A stretch of DNA of 63,790 bases, filler included, from Guillardia theta CCMP2712 (Eukaryota > Protista > Cryptophyta): assembly GCF_000315625.1 (NCBI RefSeq). It is 6 parts of 6 records of this genome, joined end to end, with 100 filler letters (N's around TTAATTAATTAA, not from the genome) between each part and the next. Parts side by side here need not be neighbours in the genome. Positions count along the whole stretch, not along the records: positions 1 to 14,140 come from NW_005434532.1; 5 more parts are not named here. One strand, 5' to 3'. The position numbers and the translations under genes were made by a program. This document shows, one piece after another, positions 1 through 12,152 of the stretch (position 1 is its first letter; each line of letters starts with the position of its first letter). A model generated the notes under the pieces. It did not search any database. It saw nothing but the letters and a program-made list of their open reading frames with translations, and was not told the DNA's origin.

Positions 1-2474
1 AAGCGGATGACATTTGCCTGGGATGCCTTGACCTGCGAGGAGTGAGGAAGGGAGACAGCAGGTTGAGGTGAGGAAAGAGATCAGAAGAGGAACAGAAAGG
101 AGGAGGACAAGGGGAAGGACAAGGGGAAGGACAAGGGGGAGGACAAGGGGAAGGACAAGGGGGAGGACCAGCAGGGGGGAGGAGGAGAAGGCTCAAGTAG
201 AGCAAGGGCAAGTACATACGAAAGTTACATGAGGAAAGGGGCAAAGGCGAAAGAATTGGAGAGGGGCGGAGCAGCGGCAGCGGCAGAAGCAGCAGGGGCA
301 GGAGGAGGAGTGTTTGGTCGTGGCATGGAGATGGAGGAGAAGGTTCGAGAATGGCCGGGGTACTTTCTCTTGAGCACGAGCTTGCATGACATCAGCAATG
401 GCTCCTGGACCGACGGCAGAGAAGAGAAGAATGATCCAAGCCGTCAAACTCCCTGCTCCTGCTCCTTTCATTAGTCCTCCCCTCCCCTCTCCTCCTTTGC
501 TCTCCTTTCCCTGCCCATCTCCTCTCCTCTTGTCTCCCACACTCCTCTCTCCTACTCTCCTCTCCTCTCCTCTCCTCTCCTCTCCTCTCCTCTCCTCTCC
601 TCTCCTCTCCTCTCCCCTCCCCTCCTCTCCTCTCCTCTCCTCTCCTTTACCTGGCCATAGCGAGCTGACTGTCTGTCCGGCTCCAACAGCTTTCACAGCA
701 TCTGCGAGAGCCCACAGGCCGTACAGACCTGGAGGAACGTCAGCGGGGGCGAGCAAGAGCAGCAGCAGCTTGCAATCACCTCCAAGGATGATTGTCTTCC
801 ATGCCTGTCAAGTGTTCATGAGTTGAAGAAATAGCAATAGCAACAACAACAATAGCACCAGCACCAGCACCAGCACCAGCACCAGCACCAGCACCAGCAC
901 CAGCACCAGCACCAGCACCAGCACCAGCACCAGCACCAGCACCAGCACCAGCAGCATTTCTACCTGGATCCTGACTGAGTCTCCTCCTTTCTCCATGATG
1001 CAGGTGAGACGAAAGATGTACATGGACCAGCTCAAAGCTCCAGCAAGGCAGAAAGCGTCGCCGATGTTGATACCTCCTGCCAAACATCGTGAGAAGAAAC
1101 GAACAGAGCAGAGCAGCTAGTCTCTTCGCTTTCAAGGTTCCCTCCTCTAATAAATCACACATCTCTGCTCCTTCTTCCTGCTTCCCCTCCCCTCCTCTCC
1201 TCTCCCCTCCCCTCCCCTCCCCTCCTCTCCTCTCCTCTCCTCTCCTCTCCTCTCCTCTCCTCTCCTCTCCTCTCCTCTCCTCTCCTCTCCTCCTGCTTCC
1301 AACTCACCAAGAGTTCCAGCGGCGGCAGCAGCAGCAGCCGAGGACTCAGCAGAAGCAAGGGTGACAACGCCAATAAGGGCCAGAAGGCAGCCGAACCAAA
1401 CGTTCTTGCCGACCTGCAGGGACGTCAAACACAAACATCTGAGCTCCCCATCCTTCTCCATCTCCCTTCCCCATCTTCTTCCTCTCCCTCTCCCTCGATG
1501 CCCTTCCCCTTTCAGATCCCGTTCTCCAACCCTTTTCTTCCTCCTTAGTCTACATTCTGCTGGACCTTTTCTCTTCCCTCTGCATCTTCTATCCTTTTAC
1601 CCTCCGGCTTCGCTTCCTTTCCTCGCATCCTCCTCGTTCCAACCCCTTCCCCTCTGCCCCTCCTCCTCCTTAACCGAAACCCTTCGCCTCCTCGCCTCTC
1701 TGACTTTCCCCTTCCTTCCCTTCCTCCCTTCTTATCTCTCCCCTCCGCCTCCACCACCTCCTCTTCCTCCTCCTGCTCCTCCTCCGCCTCCTCCTCCTCC
1801 TCCTCTGCCTCCTCCTCTGCCTCCTCCTCCTCCTCCATCACCTTGTCTCCTCCCACCATTGCCACCAGCGGCGTCAGTACCACAGACGTCTGCGTCAGGA
1901 ACGACGCGCGCGAGGCCTCGGTGAAGAGGAGGCCGACGTTGAGCAGCCCCTGCGCCCCAAGATTCCACATCGCAAGTTCTGATGCTGCCAACCAGAAGGA
2001 GGAGGAGGAGGCAGAAGAGGAGGCAGAGGAGGAGGAGGAGGATTGGGTGTTCCGCAAGAGGACGGGGAGGAAGCATGCAGCAGCCATCATCCCTCTCACG
2101 AAACTAGCGACGGAGGCGCAGGGAGGGCCCTCCATGGCGTAGAGGAGACGGAAAGAGACGGTGAGTGACCCGTAGAGAGCTGCGACGAACAGCAGCTGAG
2201 CTTCGCCCCCTACCAGCTTTTCCATGACACCGCTCTCGGAGCTGGTTTCTTTCTCCTTGCCTCCTCCTCGCAGGGAGAGGAGGGAGCCGGGAGGAGACGA
2301 GCTCTTCTTGCCGTCCAGCAGGATATCTTTTGGCCTGCTGCACATGCTGGAATGCCGCATGCTCTTGCACGAGGAAGTCAACTTGGCTGTTGGGGTAACC
2401 ATGGCCAGAGTGGAAGGGGGAGATTGGAGGGAGAGGGACGACGCCGTCCTGAACGCGACCAGCCCGAGCATCAT
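1..2474 (-). CDS. EamA/DMT-superfamily membrane transporter, multi-exon, 3' end runs off contig; N-terminal leader containing LRGG
   Basis: Exon translations such as 'LLFVAALYGS', 'GLLFTEASRASFLTQTSVVLTP', 'VWFGCLLALIGVVTL', 'GGINIGDAFCLAGALSWSMYIFR', 'WIILLFSAVGPGAIADVMQARAQ' are typical of EamA repeats; exons are separated by microsatellite-filled GT-AG introns. Confidence 0.85.
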
Positions 2475-4152
2475 GGCATACCTAACATCTGCAGCAACAA
2501 GATTACAACTGGCTGGGGTATCATCACATTTATTTCAAGCCGTCTTCAAGAAGATTACAAGTCTTGCCGACTACATCGAAATTCCTTGTCCGGTCTTCAT
2601 GGTAAAAGACAGCAAGTTCTTTCTCTATCTCCTTACTGCTACGTCTCCCTCCTTCCTCATCTTCTTCCCGCTGTCCTGAGCCTCCTCTCTCTCCTCCTTC
2701 GCATCGCTCTTCCTTCCCCTACTCCACTTTCGTACATCCTTACCTGCCATGGCCGCCGTTTTCCTTGAGGCCAGTGGGCCCTTCCCAGTTGCAGCCCGGC
2801 GCCGGCCCGGGCCGGGCCGGGCCCGGCACTGCGGCAGGTCGGAGTCCCGGAACCGTCGGAACCGTTCAGGTTTCAATGCCGGCCTCGAGGTGTCGGCCCG
2901 CTCCTCGGAAGACCGCGACCGTGCCGTAACGGTCACCTGAGGCTCCGGAGTATGGTTGTCGCCATGGCGGCCGCCCGCCGGGCACCCCGGCGCGGCTGCC
3001 GCCACCACTCAGTGACTTAGCGGCCAGGAGTCCGATCCGTGCGACCCGGCGGCGGCGGCCGCAGCAGTGCGGCCAGGGGGGCCGCGGCGCCCGGCCCGGC
3101 CCGGCGGCCCCAGGCGGCCAGGCGGCGATCGGACGGTTTGACACAGATGACTGCCCGGGATCGCAACTTAGCACTGAAGCCGCACCGTCACTGCAATGGC
3201 TGTCCGATCCCAGTGGCACCGGCGGTGGGCGCCGCGGCCGCGTGCCGCAGTGCCGCAGACTCTACGGTCACGGCCGGGAGTCCGGGCCGGCGCCAGCAGT
3301 GCCCGGCCCCCGGGCCCAGTGCCGGGCCGGGCGGCGGGCTTCGGAGCCCGGCGGCCCGGCCGTGCCCGGCGGGCCCCCGGGCCCGCCGGGCCTGGCACCG
3401 TCCGTCGGCAGTATCCGACCGGCAACTTGCCGCCCGGCCGTGATCGGACCGACCACCGGCGTTTACTCAAGTTCACCGTGGCAGCCTCTTCTTTGTGGCT
3501 GCCACGGCACAGCATCCGACTCTTTACTCAAAGTGAAGTGAAAAATCCGGTGACTTCCTTACTCAAAATCAGTACCGACAGTCGCAAGGCAACCCTGGGT
3601 AACCCTCTCCGCCCCTTTGAGGTGCGATCTCCAGATAGTCATCAAATCTCCAGATAGTCATCGAGCCTGGAGATCGGCGAGGTTTTGCATACCCCACCCT
3701 CTATGAAGAACCGAATTGATCTAAAAGCAAGGGGTAGAGGTATCGCTGTAAGGGCCTGATAATGACATTGAGATATGAAAAGTCTCTTTTTCGAAACCAG
3801 CTCCGGTGGCCCGTCGCCACCCCCTGGAGCTCCTGGCATCCTTGATAACTACTAGCTTGCAGTACGTGGAACGTCCCAACCAGCCTCACGCCTTCTCGTC
3901 CTCACACACCAGCTCTCTGCCTTCCTCCTCCCTCCATCTTTCGCTCTCCTCCTGCTCTTCGTACGGGTCGAACCTTACCCAGTTGCAAAATCCCATCCCC
4001 TTCCTGCAGAGTCATGGTGTCTGCTGAGCCCTCTGCTACTCCTCCGACGTCCCCGCTCTCCTCGCATCTCCCTCCTCGACTCTTTCCTTCCTCTCAACGA
4101 CATCAAGATCCTTCTACTACTACTGGTGCCCCTGAGACTCTTCGAGACCCCG

Positions 4153-6966
4153 CACCCTACCCCTTCGACCTCCCCAAGCTTAAGTGGGACTCTCTCTCCG
4201 CCTCCCAGCAGCGGGCTCTGCGGGCTCTACGGCACTCGATGGATACGCTGCTGTCCCTGATACAGGAGAGAGGGGCGAGGACGACGGCGAGGCTACCGAG
4301 CGTACAGGACGTGACAGCATGAGCGGCTTGCTTACACGGCTATCTCCCAGTCACAAGTTTCGGGTAGCCCTATCGAGATAACAAGGGAATGCAACTAAGG
4401 TGCGAGAGCTCCTGTACAGGAGGAGAGCGTCTTGAAATGAGCCCGTCCGCCTGCCCTCAGATCAATTATGTCCCTACACAACACTCTGATTTTGCGGTGA
4501 GAGATAGACTGAAAGGTGGAGCTTCTAGTCGGACTAGCCCTTGGAAGTGTGTAGATCATTGAAGGGTCTGTGTATAATAAATCTGCTTCTGCCCTTACTT
4601 GTCCGGTGGACTTGAGAAGAGCCTCGAGCGTGTAGAGGAGAAGTAAGAGTGTCTGCACACAACTCTTCGATTGTGCGGTAAGAGATAGATGCAATGGGCA
4701 AGATACTCAGTGTAGGACTGTCCACTGGCACCGCCCATACCCGGTACAAGCGGTATGAAACTTTGAAATAAATACTTCGGTGATCGACGTGTGAGAGTAC
4801 GGCAAAGAGGCTCGAGCCTGTGTTATGAGGCAACACCGTGAAGGAACTTTGGAAGATGTAGCCTTTACACAGTGATGAGAGGAGGGCCCGGGGGGGGGGG
4901 GGGAGCCTCGGAGCCCGGCCGGGCGGCCGGGCGCCGCACAGCGGCCAGCCTGTGCGCCCGGCGCCGAGTCGGACGGCCTGCCGCAGTGGGCCGCTCAGCG
5001 GCTGCCCGCGGCGGCCTGACTTCGAGTTGGAATAGGCTCCGCTGTCGGAGCCTCTCAGGGAACGGAGTATGTGACGGTGCCGGCCAGGCGGCCAGTGCAT
5101 ACGTACGTGGTACGGTACGCTCTAGTCTATCTGGCTCATGTCAGCCGTCATCCTGGGCAGAACGAAACGTTGCATGTTTGCTGCGACTTCTCAGGATCCC
5201 TTCAGAAATGGAGTCTTCTCGCCCCCAGCTCCGCCGTCTGTCCCGTTCTTGCCCCCAGGAGTCGCTCATCGCTCCCTTCATCAGTCTGCTGCTGACCTGC
5301 CTCGGCCCACCCGCTCCCTCGCGTCCTCCCTCTCCTCCTCCGTCATCTCCTGTGGATCGATCTCCGCTCTTGTCCTCTGCCCTTCCTGCGACTCCCAAGG
5401 CCCCGATGCCTCCTGCCGCGGCATCCGATCTCCCCTTCCCTCTCCCTGCAAGCACTCCTCCCGTCCACCCTCATCCTGGCCCCACACCCTACCCCTTCGA
5501 CCTCCCCAAGCTCAAGTGGGACTCTCTCTCCGCCTCCCAGCAGCGGGCTCTGCGGGCTCTACGGCACTCGATGGATACGCTGCTGTCCCTGATACAGCAG
5601 AGAGAGGCGAGGACGACGGCGAGGCTACCGAGCGTACAGGACGTGACAGCATGAGCGGCTTGCTTACATGGCCAGTGGTACCTCGGAAGTGTGTGAATGC
5701 GGTGGGGGAGGGGTAAAAATAAACCTGCTGCTGCCCTCACTTGTCAGGCTGTGGTAAGGGAGACCTCAGGGCCTTGAGTTAGAGGGAGGGAGGGGGGAGG
5801 AATCGGCTGCATGACGGTAAACGATGAGTGGGGTCGACGTACTCGGCATCACTCCCTAGCCATCACGCATGATTCGAATACTTGTCGTGTGGTGAATTGC
5901 TGCACAAAGACAGCGAGCAGCTACGGCTGGGCTTGTGGCGGTACGCTATATGCTGGAGAGTAGGGAAAGCACCTGCTCTTGACGAATACTCATAACAACT
6001 TCCTCTTCGACTCCAAGTCTTTACCGTACATTCTCAACAGTTGCAGAGGTCTACAATCACCGATACGGTTGAATATTTTTTTATGATTGCTGAAAAACTG
6101 ACACCAAGATGAAGGGTAAGATCTTCAGGTTGTGATGAACAGATGTGACGAGTGTAGAGCAGAAACTCTCGAGGAGGCCCTGAGGAGTTGTCAACCTATC
6201 CTAGAGAGTCACGGCAAGAAATGATCGGATGGTATGACTGGCATGATGAGTCGGAAACAGTCGCGCAGCCGGTCTGTCGCGCAGCTGGTCTGACTATCTG
6301 GCCGGTCTGACGCTTCCGAAGTTGCCTGCCAGTGCTCGCTGATCACTCGCGGCCTGGCATGCACTGTTTACAGTCTGAGCCAGTCATGCACTGGGCCCGC
6401 CTCCCGGAAGTTGCGGTCAACCGGTGACCCCTAGCAAATCCTGAGGCGGGGGCCAAAGCTCAGAGGTGGGTATACCAAAATGCGGCCTGTACGTATCTCA
6501 ACGAAACGTTGCATGTTTGCTGCGACTTCTCAGGATCCCTTCAGAAATGGAGTCTTCTCGCCCCCAGCTCCGCCGTCTGTCCCGTTCTTGCCCCCAGGAG
6601 TCGCTCATCGCTCCCTTCATCAGTCTGCTGCTGACCTGCCTCGGCCCACCCGCTCCCTCGCGTCCTCCCTCTCCTCCTCCGTCATCTCCTGTGGATCGAT
6701 CTCCGCTCTTGTCCTCTGCCCTTCCTGCGACTCCCAAGGCCCCGATGCCTCCTGCCGCGGCATCCGATCTCCCCTTCCCTCTCCCTGCAAGCACTCCTCC
6801 CGTCCACCCTCATCCTGGCCCCACACCCTACCCCTTCGACCTCCCCAAGCTCAAGTGGGACTCTCTCTCCGCCTCCCAGCAGCGGGCTCTGCGGGCTCTA
6901 CGGCACTCGATGGATACGCTGCTGTCCCTGATACAGCAGAGAGAGGCGAGGACGACGGCGAGGCTA
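4153..6966 (-). repeat. Three local copies of a shared module (A ~4153-4335, B 5161-5668, C 6500-6966), probably a duplicated minus-strand exon plus downstream sequence
   Basis: B and C near-identical over ~465 bp, A shares ~180 bp. On the minus strand the shared block begins at an AG acceptor (5625-5626; 6964-6965); A and B share a 43-nt GTAAGC...TAG intron while C has a different pyrimidine-rich acceptor. Confidence 0.75.
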
Positions 6967-7244
6967 AGCCAAAAGAAAGGAAAGGAGGCGAGCTTCTGAA
7001 CAAAAGCTCAAAGGAATGAGTCGGAGTTGGACAACACTGTATGATGGAGAGCTTTTCCTCAGGTTTACGACAACAACGCGGCTCTCGGAGCGGGAAGGAA
7101 TACGTTGGGAAAACCTTCGCCCTCCTATAGTGAAAGCTGGGACGGTGAGGAGAGCAAACGAATGCTCTGCTACTCTCAACCGAGGCTGCTGGGAACCTTA
7201 AACTGCATGGTGGCGCACTATTACCACCAGGATTCAGATGAATG

Positions 7245-7327
<83 letters not shown>

Positions 7328-7789
7328 TCACACGCTATATCATATGACGACGATGGAGAGGAAGGTCTTCCTCTCGCGCTCAAGTGCAGGAGGACAGCGA
7401 AAATTCTCACGAGTGTTACTATATTTCTTACATAAAAACTCCTTTCGCGCTTTGCTTGCTGTTTCCATGACAGACTGCCTGTCAACCATCTGACAGCGAT
7501 AAAAAAGAATGAAGTTGACAGCAAACATGTCCTTGTTGTTGACAGACACAGACGCTTCTGAAATGTTCTGCTCGTCCACAAGGTGAAAGTAGCCGAGGGA
7601 TGCGCAAAGGAGAGAGCGAGTCGAAGTGGCTGGTATATCCCGCACTCACCATGATTACCCTCCTGCTCTGACAACAACCAGCTCCCTTTGCGTGCTGTTG
7701 AACTTTCCTGACACTGTCCTCTCCCTCTTTCGCATCACATCGTTAGGTGTGCTTGCAGCTGGACGAAACAACTGGTCGCGGGCTCGCTC

Positions 7790-7861
7790 ATACACCTTGA
7801 CATCCTGTACGCTATACACCTTGACATCCTGTACGCTATACACCTTGACATCCTGTACGCT
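7790..7861. repeat. 24-bp tandem repeat x3 (ATACACCTTGACATCCTGTACGCT)
   Basis: Directly visible. Confidence 0.95.
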
Positions 7862-7877
7862 CAGAAGCCCTCTCATC

Positions 7878-8130
7878 AGGGCCAACAGGCCCCCGGTGGT
7901 AACGCCGTCTAGAAGGGGTCTGCTGGACCTCACCCTACCCATCTCCATCTCCAGGGCCAACAGGGGGTGGTAATACCGCCTGAGGGTCTTCTGGGCCCCA
8001 CCCTACCCATCTCCAGGGCCAACAGGGGGTGGTAACTTGACACCGCCTGAGGGAGCCCACCCTTTGCGTTGGTAGGGCCAACAGGGGGTGGTAATAGCGC
8101 CTGAGGGGGTCTTCTGGGCCCCACCCTATG
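7878..8130. repeat. Degenerate ~60-70 bp minisatellite x4 with core AGGGCCAACAGGGGGTGGTAA
   Basis: Core seen at ~7878, 7952, 8015, 8074. Confidence 0.85.
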
Positions 8131-8221
8131 CGGTGGCAGGGCATACAGGGGGTGAGGGGGTGGTGAAGGGATAGGGACCAGAGGCAATAAAAGACAAGCG
8201 GCGGTCGCGGAGGTATCAAAC

Positions 8222-8392
8222 ATGAAGCAGAACAACCTCAACTCTAACAGCTCGAGCTACATGGCAGCGCAGAACAACCACGCCAACCAGCTCAACCCCA
8301 ACAGCTCCAGCTACATGGCAGCGCAGAACAACCACGCCAACCAGCTCAACCCCAACAACTCGGCTTATCATTCCAGCCGACAGGGCAAGTAG
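8222..8392 (+). CDS. 56-aa Asn-rich peptide with repeated NNHANQLNPN motif
   Basis: MKQNNLNSNSSSYMAAQNNHANQLNPNSSSYMAAQNNHANQLNPNNSAYHSSRQGK*; 60-bp internal repeat, host-like C-ending codons; below the ORF-track cutoff. Confidence 0.7.
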   Translation: MKQNNLNSNSSSYMAAQNNHANQLNPNSSSYMAAQNNHANQLNPNNSAYHSSRQGK

Positions 8393-9518
8393 TGCCAAGC
8401 GTGTGACGCGCATATTAGCTAGGCAGCTCCTTGACCTTGTCGAGCATTAAAGTAATGGAACCTTCCAGTTTGTTTGTCTCTGACCTTGCAAGCACCTTGA
8501 TCGAATCGTCCGCTCTACGTGCACAGCACTTGACGCACCCGAGCATGGCAGGTTGCAGTTCAAGCTCATCTCACTTTTTAACAACGCGAAGCCATCATAG
8601 ATGTTGTCTATCTGACCAAGGCTCTCATCACACACACCATTCGGCACGTGCTAGGAAAAGAGCTTCTGATTTCGTTTCAGACAAGACAGTCTAATATGGA
8701 TCCGCGGATCGATTTCAACACCTCCAGGACAGCAGCTACTAAGGCAAAAGGCGTCTACGACCTCATTCGGATCCAGATTCTTCTCCCGACAGCATCATCG
8801 ATCGTCCAGGGCCCTCGCAGACTCGTCGGGGATTTGAGCACAAATTTCAAAAGATTCTCACCAAGAGCAACGTGGACTGTACTAACTCGTCAAATGGAAA
8901 GGCTATTCAAACAGATGAGATATGCATTCGAACATGCAGCGTTCGACGCTGATGATCTTGACTGACCCTATCGTTCTCCAGCAAAGTTGCGATACAGATG
9001 CAACGACATGTCGTCGACCAGTGGGAGCGATGCGGTACGCCGGACCAAGGCGCATACCGCACATGCCTAGTGCAGAAAGATCTTCACGTCCTGGCGAGAA
9101 GTAGTAAGCTAAGCTGCTCTGCATGTTGTGATTTGATGAACGCAATTCTAATTGCTCTAATGACCATTTTTACTCGCCAAGGTCGCTCTGTACAACAACA
9201 TAACTCGGAAGCTGCTGGTGCGAGCATTCCTGAGGGGGGTGTATGCGCAAGCTTGTCTTGTCGTAGTCGAAGTAGATGTGACATAGAAGCTCGTTGCCTC
9301 GCTCTAAATGGTACTCGGTCTGACGACGCATGTGGGTAAACAAATCTTTGTACAAGCTGTTCTTTATTTTACATGCTCCACCATGCTGCTCTTCCTATTT
9401 TTCTCCCTCTCCCTCTCCCTCTCCCTCTCCCTCTCCCTCTCCCTCTGCCATTCTTTTTGCCACATCCTCGCACCTGTCCTCGTTGTCTCTCTCTCATGCT
9501 TCCATCCACAGAACCATC

Positions 9519-10632
9519 TCACTCTATTTGCACACCCGGCATTGCTGCCCACTGCAGCATACCGTCAACCCCTCCTCCTGCCTCGTACGCCCCTGTGCCT
9601 GTCGCCCAACGCATCTCCTGGCCCCCTCCTCCTCCCTCCCATCCCTGCCTCTCGGCGACCCGAGCTACCGGCATGCCTCCCTGCGCCCCGTCGGCTGCGA
9701 TAGTGCTGCTTCCAGCAGACTGGTCGCCCTGGCAGCAGATGGAGCACATGAGGATGGAGAAGGCCAGCTGATACACCACGAGGATGACGTTGAATGAGAC
9801 GATGGCCCACATGCTGCCGGAGAAGATTCTGCAGAAGCTGCTGCTGGAGGATCCGTACTTGTCTAGGAGAGGCCCATGTGAGCGACACAGGGACACGAGA
9901 ATAGCAGGAGGGGAGGGGAGGGAGAGAGGGAGAGGACGAAGAGCGGGAGGGAGGTTAGCGGAGAGGACAAGAAGTGGAGAGGGAGGAAGGCGAGATTTGG
10001 CAGAAGCAGACAGGATCGAAACAGGAGAAGATACACGGAAAGCCCTACTCACCGCAGTATAGTAAAGCGGACCAGGATTGGAAAGCTAGCATCAGCACGC
10101 CAGTCAAAGACGTGACTATCCCCGAGATGAGGATGGTCAGATGGAAGCTCCCTGCTATCTCGATGTAGCCTTTGTACTTGGCAGCAAGCCAGCCCAAGCT
10201 TCCGGACAGGAGGGGGAAGAGGGCAGGGACGGTGCCCATCACAATCATGGCTCGAAGCAAGGCTGCCGCGTGGTTTTGAACAGACTTGCACATGCTGGTC
10301 GACCTCACGTAAAGATGGAGATTGATGTCCTCCTCGGTCGTCTTGCTCCTCGACTTCATTCCTGACTGCTGCTCCTCATGGGCTTTGCTGTGCCAGCCTC
10401 TCGAGCTGTATGGGTCGTTTCCCGCCCTGCTCGCTCCAGCATAGTCATACTTGTAGCCCGAGTAGCGTTCAAGCGGCAAGTGAGGAGATGGGGCATGTCC
10501 GATTGCTGACTGGCAATAGTCTGGAATTCGACATGAAGCTGCTACTAGACCTGCTACGAGCAGGCCGATGCCGAGGACGAAGTTGATCTTGCTCATGATG
10601 ACAGGGAGAGTGGTGAAGAAGCCATCAGCCAT
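9519..10632 (-). CDS. Four-transmembrane (tetraspanin/CD20-like topology) protein, about 3 exons
   Basis: Hydrophobic segments INFVLGIGLLVAGLVAA, MIVMGTVPALFPLLSGSLGWLAA, LTILISGIVTSLTGVLMLAF, MWAIVSFNVILVVYQLAFSILM, joined across GTGAG...AG introns. Confidence 0.7.
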
Positions 10633-11270
10633 CGATTTGAAGATGAGCTGGTTGACGCGATTATTCAGATTCCTTGCAGCCCTTGAAGTTATCTCTGGAA
10701 GTACTGTCTACTCCTCATGCGCGTGATGGCTGGCACGGAGAGCTCTACTTCCATCGCAACCATCGCAACTGATAGCAACCTTCAGGTTCCTCTCCTCCTC
10801 GTGCTTCGCCCGGACCACTTCTGCCCCTCCTCCCTCTCGCGCTCCTCAACCTCCGTTTCATGATGCATGACAGGGCAGGTATCACTACTTCTGTCTGTGG
10901 GAAACAGGTGACTACCCCTTCTTTCAAAGGCTTGACTACCCCACCTTTCACCTACTAGGCACCGGTCGCCATCTGTGAAACCACCCCACCCCTCCCTTTC
11001 CCCACTAACAAGGCCCCGGCAGTGCCTCCAACTTCTGTGACGGTCAGACTAGTACGGGTCACCACTAGTACACCCCAACAGCCACCGGTACCGTGATAGT
11101 ACCCACCCCTACCAATTACTGCAAAGCACCGAAGGTACTACTATACTACCGGTACCCCTGGGGGGGGGGGGGGCGGGGGGCGCGGGGTGGACCCCTATGC
11201 CGAAGTCAACTTGACCGTACATCGGGAAGCCCGGTCACGTGGGTTCACCGAAGTTGAGTCAAGTACTACA

Positions 11271-11535
11271 GTTTTTAACTTAACTTTGAGTAAAGCACCA
11301 GGTGGATCCTCTAAAGTTTGGGGGACAGCAGTTGGCAGGATTAGGTTTGGTTCTCGCTGTCTTTTCTCTTCTCGCCGTTTGGCCTGTGCGACAGTGTCAG
11401 GGTCAAGCCTCCTCGACTCTCCTGATTGTCCTCGTACTGATCTTTAACTTAACTTTGAGTAAAGAAAGCCTAAAGTACAGTGGTCCTTGATATTCTTTTA
11501 CTTACAATTGCTTGAAGTTAAATATCAGTACGAGC
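11271..11535. repeat. Dispersed repeat family with TTAACTTTGAGTAAAG core (MITE-like or subterminal motif)
   Basis: Direct copies at ~11280 and ~11449; 19/20 inverted pair ~11431-11450 / ~11515-11534; homologous in reverse orientation to 43950-44085. Confidence 0.75.
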
Positions 11536-12070
11536 CTACAATCATCTCGTGACTCGGCCGCGGCCCGGGCGCGAAGGCCGGGCCCCCGCATTCGCTCCGA
11601 GGCTCCGAACAAACAGCATGAACTCGGTATGAACTTTGTAATTTGAGACCTTACGAAATTGATTTGAAATGTTCACTAGAATAATTTTTATTTGTCGATA
11701 ACAGTACAAAATGAAAAATATTTTATTTTGCTGCCTCCTTGTCCTTTACCCCTTCCCTGATTCTGGCATGATGCAAACCATCTGCAGTGGACCATGGATG
11801 AGAAGCAGTTGAGAGAGACAATGACACAGGTGAATCAGAAGCTCAACATGCATGTGTGCTGGAAGGCTTGCGACGGATGTGTGATTCGGAAGCTTACATG
11901 TGTGCTTTGAGTTTTTCAATGAGAGTTTTCCTCCAAAATATTTTATTTTGCTGCCTCCTTGTCCTTTGCTGATGTGGACCATTGGATGAGAAGCAGTTGA
12001 GAGAGACAATGACACAGAAGGTATCGCAGATATCTGGAAGCCATGCAGCCCAATGATCGTTGTGAGAGCA

Positions 12071-12152
12071 TTCAAACGGATAATCTCCCTGTTTCACTTC
12101 CCTTTTTACAACACTGCGCGCTGAAGTGAAACAGGGAGATTATCCGTTTGAA
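12071..12152. repeat. Perfect 30-bp inverted repeat with 22-nt loop
   Basis: TTCAAACGGATAATCTCCCTGTTTCACTTC (12071-12100) is the exact reverse complement of 12123-12152. Confidence 0.95.

Noticed and set aside
193-1924. Poly-L, EERRG, GAGAGA and SPLLS ORFs here and across the window
   Set aside because: Translations of intronic microsatellites
2625-3657. Many overlapping Arg/Pro/Gly/Ala-rich ORFs
   Set aside because: Expected from very high GC and few stop codons; no domain or codon signal
7878-8130. Repeat-spacer (CRISPR-like) pattern
   Set aside because: The intervening segments are homologous to each other, so it is a degenerate minisatellite; no cas genes, eukaryotic context
8697-9350. 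Possible gene (alpha-kinase-like 'GAYRTC' fragment)
   Set aside because: Could not build a consistent spliced model or find further motifs
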